Part shown: piece by piece, positions 34,167 through 43,776 of the stretch
Layout: the number at the start of each line of letters is the position of its first letter
Numbering within the stretch: the stretch's first letter is position 1
Assembly (NCBI GenBank): GCA_000388065.2
Contig: KB932202.1
Origin: Fonticula alba ATCC 38817
Lineage: Eukaryota; Protista; Nucleariida
Strand: one strand, 5' to 3'
Length of the DNA stretch: 43,776 bases
Position numbers and translations under genes: made by a program
The notes under the pieces: model-generated
Seen by the model: the letters and a program-made list of their open reading frames with translations, nothing else
The model's database searches: none
What the model was told of the DNA's origin: nothing

Positions 34167-35898
34167 ATGGTGAATGTCTTTTTCCTCCACAGCAACCCGG
34201 TGAGCGCTGCTCGAGCTCTGGGAGATCGCCATGTAGGCAAGATGCTGTTGGAGGCCTGTCAGATTCTGCACGCCTGCCATTGGTATGCACTGGCCGGCCT
34301 GGCGCGACGCCTCCCACAGGGGGAGCCGGGCCCGGACCCTGGCCCGCTAACGGCGCGAGATGTCTCGGCATTTGGACGGCGTGCCCTGGCCCAGCCCGCC
34401 AGGCCGCTGCAACCGGCCGCCAATCCAGTCCATACATCTGCCTCGGAGGCCTGCTTCGAGGGCACCCTCTCGTGCGTGGAATACCCTCACGATTGTGCAT
34501 GCTCCCTGCCGCCGCCCCCCCCCCCCTCCTCCTCTTCATCTCTCTTCTCCTCCTCATCCTATTCCCTGTGGACGACATCTGACCCCGATAGACGGACAGC
34601 CCCGCTGACAGCCCGGCCTTCGGGTGTGCGGGATTTCTTCGGGATTCGGACGAGGCTTTCCAAGCTGGCGCCAATGTGCGAAGCCTGCTTGCCGGGGTGC
34701 TGGCCGGCACTGAGACTCCGACCGGCGACCCGGGTGACTGGCTCGCGGCACAGTGGGTGGCGGCCTGCCAGGCGGGAACCGGCCGTGCCCCATACCTCCC
34801 ATCACACTTGTCGCATCCGTGCGCCATCTGGGCTCGCAAGTCCGCCGGCAACTACCAGTGGTACGTGTGTCCTTCCCTGTGTCGTGGAGCGCCCTTGAGG
34901 CCGCCTGCCGCCGTGTCCTTTCCTTCTGCCCCGGCCGCACCCTGGCCCCCCCCCCCTCCCCTCCCAGACTGACATGGCGACTGTAGGCTGGCCACACATG
35001 CCCTAGCCCTGGCGGAGCTGCATGCCCGCTTTTACGGTGGCGACCCGGTGGACGAACGGTCTCCCGACTCTGGGGATCTCTACGACACCTTGATCCCGGG
35101 GGTCGGGTGGAAGCGCGGCCATGCGTCAGCCCGGCAGGTTCGCTTCCTCCTTGGTGCGGGCCCCCCTCCGGGGACGGCCTCGATCAAGGTACGATGACAT
35201 GTGGACCGGCATTGCCTCGTGCGAGGGAGAGGGGGCGCCCCCCTCTGGCCATGTGTACTTTTGCTGATAGCCTCCTCCCATCGTGCGCGTGCGCGTGAAA
35301 CTTCGACCTGTGTGGCCACCAGCTCACCACGCCGGCTTTGGCCATGCCGGACGCCATTCGTCGGGATTTCCTGCTCCACCCCCTGCCAGAGGATACCTCG
35401 CCGATGAAAAAGCGCCCACGCAGTGGCTCAACAGGCCCCGGTGCTCCGGCACCGCCGGCGCTCTTTTTCCCCGAGGCACGGAGCGTCGATGACGCGGTGG
35501 CCGCCTATCGGCAGTACTACAGCAGCGAGTCGAAGGCCCGACTGCTGGGATACCGCGCCACCCGGGGGGAGCTTCCGGCCTGGCTCGCCGGGCACCCGGC
35601 CCTCATTCGCACATATCCCGCCACGGGTCGAACCGGCGGGGTCAAGCCCGGTCTGGCCAAACAAGAAGCTGACCAAGCCGAGCAGGCGGGCTCAGCCAAT
35701 GACACGGGCATCAGGGCCGAAGAGCAGGAGACCGGCCACCAGCACCCCCCCGAGGAGCAAGGGCCTCCGGCCGGGGCTCGGTGCGCGGTGTGTTGGAAGC
35801 AGCCCCACGATGACTGGCCGATTGCTGTGTCGCCGGCCGCGATGTTGTCGACCGCACCACCAGCAGCCGCCATGATCAAGACCGAAGAGGGCAAATGA
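34167..35898 (+). CDS. Pyrimidine-dimer DNA glycosylase / T4 endonuclease V-like protein (Pyr_excise family), 447 aa; exons 34167-34471, 34600-34860, 34987-35188, 35323-35898
   Basis: Collinear family motifs MVNVFFLHSNP...DRHVGKMLLEACQIL, YLPSHLSHPCAIWARKSAGNYQW|LATHALAL, LTTPALAMPD and DAVAAYRQYY...P.W. Three GT-AG introns; phases close. Confidence 0.85.
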
Positions 35899-36244
35899 AC
35901 AACCAAGCCGATTTCCGGAAATTTATGTGGTGTATTTTGGGTATTTTTTTGTGTTTGGCTCGCGGGGCACGCGCGTTTCTCCCGTTGCGCCCTCTCTTTC
36001 CCAGCCCTACGGTCGGCTGTCGCTGGGCCGGGGGGCGGGGGGGGGGGAGGGGGAGGCCCCCCGCCGCAGCCGGGGCCATATGTTCTCATGTGGGGCTACT
36101 ACCACACTACTACGGTACGCAGGCAATGCACACACACACACACAGGCGGCCGTCGGATCACCGGTCGACACACAGGTGGAGGGGAGGGGGGCGCAGGAGA
36201 TGCGAGCGCCACCAAAGGGAGCGGGACTCGCGTGCCCGGGCGCG

Positions 36245-37089
36245 TCACAGGTGCGCCGGGGCCGAGGGCTCCGCCACGAAGGACGGCGCATTGTCGTTGG
36301 GCAGGCGATCGATCACGCTCTTGGCGAAGGCGGCGAAGGCCCCCGGAGCGGCGGCCTCCTCGCCAAGACCCACCTCGTAGATGAACCCGGAGGCCAGGCG
36401 CGAGTGGACCATGGCCCGGAGGTAAGTCTCGGGGACGCGCTCCAGCAGGGCCTGCACACCGCCAACCTGGCGAAGGAGGCTCGGCGGGCAGGACCAGCGG
36501 AGGGCCGCGCCACGGAGGGCCTCATCGGCCCAGATGCGACTCTCGCCGGAGGTGGCGGCAGGGGTGGGCTTCTTGCCGGCCGCGCGGGCCAGGGCCTCGG
36601 CAACGGCGGCATCCGCCTCGGCCCCCTCGGCCAGGCGAGCATTCAGGGTGAGGATGGCCCGCGACAGGCGATCGGAGAGGATGGAAATGGCCTCGCCGGT
36701 GCGCTGGTGCTCGTCCCAGAGGCGGTCGAATTCGCTGCGCGCATTGTACCGCACGATGGCCAGGATGTCGGCCACATACGCACGGTAGAAGGCCGGCGCT
36801 CCGGCCGGGAACCCATGCAGACGGTCCTCCGGGTCGTCGGTGTCCGGGCCGATCTGCGCCAGGTCCAGCGGCCGCACCTTGGGCCCGCTGCTGGCGGGCG
36901 AGCACATGAGGCGCACAAACTCCTCGTCATTGAGGGCCAGCCCGGAGAGCACCTCCAGCGAGGAGGATGTCACACCGCCCTTGTTGGCGGAGGAGTCCTT
37001 GAAGACGATGATGCCCTTGTCCTCGAGGAAGAGGCGGGCCTCCTATCGGCATGGCACGCGAACATCGGGGTTAGAAGGAGCAGGGAAGT

Positions 37090-37140
<51 letters not shown>

Positions 37141-39931
37141 TCTTTGGGGGGGGGGGGGGGGGGGGGGGAGACGGAGAGACAAGAGACGATAGCGATTGGA
37201 GGCCCGGGGAAAGAGAGCAGACGAGGGCCCTCGAACAAGTGGCCCCTGCCCGGCCCCCCGGGCGCCCCACGTACAAAGGCAAACACATACCTGGGTCATG
37301 AAGAGGTTGGCCCCCTCGACGATGTACTTGAAGCGCGGCTGGCCGAGATCAGCACCGGCGGCTGGCGGCGGCGGCGGCTGCTGGCCCTTGGCCAGGGCGG
37401 CTGCCGCCTCGGCCGCCGGGCCAGCAAACATCCGGTGAACATTGTCGCGGTTGACAGCGGCCGGACGGCCGCCACACGGAACAAACAGGTCGGATGTCAG
37501 GGCCGGATCCAGGTGGAACTGGTCGCGGAAGCGCTGCGGGTTGTCCACAGTCCGCCCATCCGGCAGGGTAATCGGGCTGCCGGGGGAACCGGTGGCCAGG
37601 ACCTGGAACCCATCGGGCCCCAGGAGGTCCGGCCGGAAGGCAGCCAGCGGAGCGCGAAGCCGGGCCAGGCGCAGGAGCTCCTCATGCTGCAGGCCAGCCG
37701 GGTCGAAGAGGACACCGGTGGCGTCGACCACCGCGCGAATTGGATGCCCGGCCGCCACGGCCTGGCGGATCTCATTCGAGCCGAGATCGCCATCCGGCCC
37801 GCCGGTCTGGCTGGTGGGCACATCGCGCGTGGCCAGACCCAGACGCCGGCAAATCCCGAGCGAGTACTGCCGGACCGAGGATGTGGTCATGCCGTGGGCA
37901 TCGTGCGGGACACCGCCCATGGCCGGGGGCTTGCCGGTGGCCAGGCCGCGCCAGGCGCCGGTGCCCCGGCGACGCCCATGCTCCGGCGCCCAGGCCATAA
38001 ACCCGGCGGTGCCCTCATCGGGCCCGGCAAAGAGGAGGATCTCCTCGCCGGCGGGGTTCGGCAGCAGGGTCTGATCCAGCAGGGCATCGAAGTACCGGCG
38101 GAAGGCGCCACGCGCCTGCAGCGGAGGCACGGTCCCCCCCTCGGCCGGGAAGCCGTCCACGGTGAAGCCCCCCTTGGCGCCGCCCTCCGGGATGTCCTTG
38201 TTCTTGAGCTCCTGCGTGGAGGCCAGCTGGTGGACCTCGCGCAGGAGGCTGCGGACGGCCGTGGCCGATGGCCGAATGAAGCGCAGCCCACCGCGCGAGA
38301 CGGTCCGCATGCGCACATGGAAGCCACGCAATCCGGCGCCGGCCACCATGACCAGAATCTCCGGCCGGGGGAGGGCCGGGCCGGAGTCAGCGCCAGCCGG
38401 CAGCAGGCGCTCGGCGTCCAGGTGCCAGAAGAGGGCCGATGGACCGTGCGACGCGGCGAAGTTGCTGGTCACCACGCTGGCGCAGAAGTGTTCGGTTGCC
38501 CGGGACAGGGCCGACCCCGAGGTGGAAGCACCAGTGGCCCGGGCAGCGGACCCGGCCGGGAGCGCGGCGCCGGCGAGTACCCGCAGTGACACCGGCTGGC
38601 CGGGGCTGCCGCCCGGGCTGGCGCCCGACACCGGGACCACAAGAGTCGGCGGCTCGGCGAACGACCCACGGCCCGAGGCATACGTGTGAGACCCGTGGCT
38701 CCGGGGCGGGGGGGCGCTGGTGCCGTGCTTGGAGCCATGCTCGGTGCCGTGCAGGCGACCGGCCAGCTGCTGGGCCGCCTGCTCCAGCATCTGGGCCTCC
38801 TGGCCGAGGGTGGCGACCGACAGATCGAGCGCCTGGGCCGGGGCATCAAGCGCCTGTCCGGCCGGGGCGAAGTACTCGCTGAAGAGGGACACCGAATGGG
38901 CCAGCAGGCCGGCACGCACGGAGAGGAGGCCCTCGGCCACCGCCTCGGCCACCGGGCCCTGGCCCGGGAGCGAGTACGCCTCGAGGAGATCGGCGAAGAG
39001 GCGCTGTGCCAGGCACTCGGCGGTGTGGGGCTCCTCCTCCGGGGCCAGGACCAATGCCACCACCTGCAAAAGCTCGGACTCCGGGCAGTAGTTGATCGTG
39101 ACAAAGGACAAGGGGGCCGTGGAGGACTGGGAGCCGGCCCCGCGACGAAGCAGTCGCAGCACGGTGCTCAGAGCGCTGCCGGTCTCCCCGCGGGGGAAGT
39201 TCAGGACCACGGTCCGCGCCCCGGGGCTAGCCAGGCAGATGGACGGCCCGGTGAAGCCGACGAGCCCGGTGCCACGGTCGAAGGAAGCGGATTTGGCGGC
39301 CAGCTGGGCTGCCAGGGCGGCGGAGCTGGTCATCCCGGCGCACTCGAAGAGATCCGCCGAGTTGTCCACCAGGTACAGGGTTTCCCCATGGAAGTCCGGT
39401 CCTCCCGGGGGCAGGTTGAAGATGACCGCCTGGAAGGGCTCGGCCCGCTCGGCCTGGGGCGTGTCGATGAGCTGGGCAAGGGCCTGGTCGAAGCGACGCT
39501 GATCGGCCGCACCGCGGGCGAAGTATGCCGAACGGCTGCCACTGGCGGCGGAGCTGGCCGGCGGCTCGGAGGAGGACTGCCCGGTGGCGAGGGCCTTCAG
39601 CACCTGGACGCCGGCGACTCGCGGAAGGTTGGGGAACTGGACGAAGCGGCTGGATGCACGGGTGGAGGGGGGAGGAGAGCTGGTCAGATGGCTGGAGGAC
39701 AGAGTGGGCGGGGGGCGGGGGGGGCGGGGGGCGGGGGGCAATCGGCGTGACGCACTCGAGGAACTTGGCAATTGACTCGGAGCTGAGCGATCCCTCAAGG
39801 GCAGACTCCAGCTGCGAATGGACGGCCGAGCTGCCGACTGACGAGAAGTCCGACAGGCTGCTCTGGACCAAAAGCGAGGAGGAGGAGTCCCCGGCGAAGT
39901 CCGGGATTTCCGTAGTTCCTGTATGTTTCAT
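36245..39931 (-). CDS. GDH2: Large NAD-specific glutamate dehydrogenase, fungal GDH2 type (about 1110 aa); exons 39931-39756, 39649-37291, 37042-36245
   Basis: Motifs GFHVRMRTVSRGGLR, KNKDIPEGGAKG, AGPDEGTAG, TGKP..MGGVPHD..GMT, QTGGPDGDLGSNE, DLFVPCGGRP, IVEGANLFMTQ|EARLFLE and KDSSANKGGVTSSSLEVL. An alternative in-frame ATG exists at 40114. Confidence 0.92.
37092..37168. repeat. G46 + G23 homopolymers inside GDH2 intron 2 (poly-C on the sense strand)
   Basis: Directly visible. Confidence 0.9.
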
Positions 39932-40290
39932 GGTGGAGACTGGATCGAGGGGGGGGGGATGCAGGTGGGGATGGATCGAGGGGGAGAGGGGGGAGGGAGG
40001 AGAGAACGGCGGGGGATATGACGCAGAGGAGGATTTTATCTCAGGGGGTGGGATTGAATTCTCGACCGCCGAGGCAGGGGGTCGTCCGGGGCGGAGTCTT
40101 TTATACTCTGACATGGGGTGTGGGGGGCGCGCAGAGGAGGGCCGGGCCGGGGAGATCTGGGACCGTGCTGACGTGTGGGATCCGAATGCGCGCGCTCGCG
40201 GACACACACACACACAACACGGAGTCTGGTATCGGGGCGGGGATCTTGGCCGAAGAGTGCACAAGAAAGGCACGGAATGTGTATGTGTAT

Positions 40291-40293
<3 letters not shown>

Positions 40294-40336
<43 letters not shown>
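40294..40336. repeat. (AG)n microsatellite upstream of GDH2
   Basis: Directly visible. Confidence 0.9.
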
Positions 40337-40341
<5 letters not shown>

Positions 40342-42648
40342 ACACACGGGGACCACTGACCACTCGCGGCCGGGAGGGGGGCTCGGGGAGGCGCCTGAGA
40401 GGGCAGGAATTCAACCAATCCCCCTGGCAATGGGCGAAAATGAAAACAAGCCCCAGGCGGCCCCCGCGCGGGTCCCCACCCCCGACACACACCCAACACA
40501 CGCCTCCACGAAGCGGGGGAGAGCAAGGGAGCTGGGACGCCGGGGGGGGGGGGGGGGGAATACTCGAGCGAGCACCCAATAAAAAGATGTAAAATAAACA
40601 ACAACAATATATTCTTTCAGCTCACTTTGCCCTTCTCCGCTGGTCCCTCCACGGCCCGGGTCTGGCCTGGACCTGGGCCTCTCTGGCCCTGGGCGAAAAT
40701 CCATGGCCGATCTTGCCCAGCCCCGAGTCGTGCGAGGAAGCCGGCCTCGCCACTCCCCGGGCGCGTCGTGGGCCAGGGGAGCGCCGATCGCCACTGTAGG
40801 TAATGACTCACCCCGCGGGGGGGGAGGGGGGGGCGCCGGTCGGAACGCTGGTTGCCCGCCGGCCAGTCGGCCACGCACCGGAGGGGAGGGGGGCGGGCGA
40901 GTGCGTAGGGGGCCGTATCGCCGCGGGCAGCCGGGGGAGGGGGGGCGGACAACGTCAAAAGAAGGCCTAGACACGGCGCATGTGCCCACAAGCGCCCGGC
41001 GGTCCGGTGGCCTGGGGCATTCCGGGAACAACGAATTTTCCCACCTTCCTCAGTGGGTCTCAGGAGCATGGCGCCGGGTGCCCGGCGGGCGGGGGCAGGC
41101 ACCTTGGCACCGGAAAAAAGGGCACCAAAAGCAGGGGCGCCCCGAAGTTGACCCGCGACGGCGTAAGGGATCGGCAAGTCCCCGGTCGCAGGGGGGGGGG
41201 ATGCCAGGTGCTGTTGCTTCCTCCCAGGAAGACGGTTAAGGCGCGGCCAAGGACCCAGGAGAGGGGCGGCGGCGGGGGAGGGGGGGGGGGGGGGGGAGCA
41301 GGTTACGAAGGCTTGCTTTGTAGGCCGGCCAACAGCGGCGGGAGGGCCGCGCGAGGGCCAGCCTCCGGTCTTCCTGTCGGGAGTCCAGTTCAAAGGGAGT
41401 CCCAGCCGATGAGGCGAGCCCATGGCCTCGGATGACAAAGCTCCCGCCCACCTGCGGTGTTGCTTTCTTGCTTCGCTCTCGTGCGGTCTTGCGTGGCACA
41501 CGGGGGAGGGGGTGACGGCCCCTGCCTTGGGTTCACGCGAGGCCCGAGCGTGTTCAGTCATCAGCACGCAATGCCACCCGGACGCAGGAGGGCGGGGAGG
41601 GGGAATAGGGCGCACGGGCAGCCGGAGACGGTCGTGGCGAGCGGGGAGGTGGGGGGGTGGGGCAGCACCGCGGCCGGCGTGGCTGTCGCACAGGCGCTCC
41701 GACGGGCAGTGCCAACCCACGCCCATAGGCTGGCCATCCTCTGCCCCTTCTCCTTGTGCCCCTCGACAGACTGAGGTCCCCCCCCCCCCCCCCCTAAGGC
41801 CCGTGGCCGCCCCTCGCGATAGAGTCTAAGATGCCGCACCGTCCGAGAGGGCCAGGAGAGGAGGGGGGCCGCACATTCGGGAGAGGGGGGGGGGCCGGCG
41901 ACGGGGAGGGGCAGTGTGACGCAATGACCAGGCAACTCTCTCCCTCAACCAGGCAGGTAGTGCGGCCCGGGATCCTGGGTGACCGCTCGGCCCCGGGCAA
42001 ATGTTCGTCAGCGCCCTGGAGAGGGGGCGCGGGGGGGGGGGGGGGCGAGGGAGTCACATTCACGAGTGGCGTCGGCGCTCATGCGCGCGCCGGCCTTGGG
42101 CTCCGGCTTTGTCCACCTCTCCCCCTCAGGCGGAGGGGCGCTCTCCGCGGCCCCCCCCCCGGCCTTTGTTCAGGCCCCTGCGCGACTGCCCGACAGGGCC
42201 GAGTGTTCGCTCCTTCCAGAAGGAACCGGCACGCACTCCTGGCAGAGGCCGGGGTTGTCCCCAAGCGCGGGCGCCAAGCCATCGAGCCCGCGTCCGGAGG
42301 CCCGCCAGAAACTAGACCCCCTTGACTGCTTCGTTGGCGCATGCCACTTCGTCAGTGCCGCCCCGGCCCCGGGTCCCGGGAGGGTGCGTGAATTCCGCTC
42401 CAGTCCGCCTGGAGGGGGCCGGTCGCGGTGGGAAACGCCGCGGGTCCGGACCTGTGGGAAGGAAGCCGCCTGTGTGGGGCTGCCCGTGGGGCCGATCGCG
42501 CGGGCGGTGGGAAAGCCGGCGAGAGGTGCTGATTTATCAGCATAGTTGATCACGCGCAAAATGCGCACGAGCCATTGATGAATCGCAGCCCAACACCTTT
42601 CGTGTTCCGATCCGGCCCGCGTCCTGGGGCTAGACGGGGCGTGCCTAG

Positions 42649-43776
<1,128 letters not shown>

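Overview
GC-rich, intron-containing eukaryotic genomic DNA. It is not prokaryotic: I find no operons, CRISPR arrays, rRNA or tRNA genes, or transposons. The gene content, the C-rich short introns and the GTGCGY donor sites resemble the holomycotan amoeba Fonticula alba; this is my inference and is not verified. I hand-spliced 11 recognisable or partly recognisable genes, each closing in frame: MRPL50 (+), OMA1 (+), a GT61 glycosyltransferase (-), a 1502-aa tandem-START protein with a C-terminal TM helix (-), an NTF2/SnoaL-like protein (+), a Rab5-clade GTPase cut off at an assembly gap (-), USP14/UBP6 (+), a divergent Tubby-like protein (-), an intron-containing phage/giant-virus/bacterial-type pyrimidine-dimer DNA glycosylase (+), a large NAD-glutamate dehydrogenase (-) and the 5' end of enolase (+). 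There is also one disordered hypothetical ORF. Most long ORFs in the supplied track are GC-driven antisense or shadow frames. The three most interesting signals are: (1) an apparently horizontally acquired UV-repair glycosylase with three introns and an inserted NLS-like motif; (2) an unusual splicing code, with C at donor +4 in 25 of 30 donors, poly-C acceptor tracts and AAG acceptors, plus (GTGC)n microsatellites that reproduce the donor consensus; (3) the duplicated START-module lipid-transfer architecture. All exon models come from sequence inspection only, without RNA evidence.
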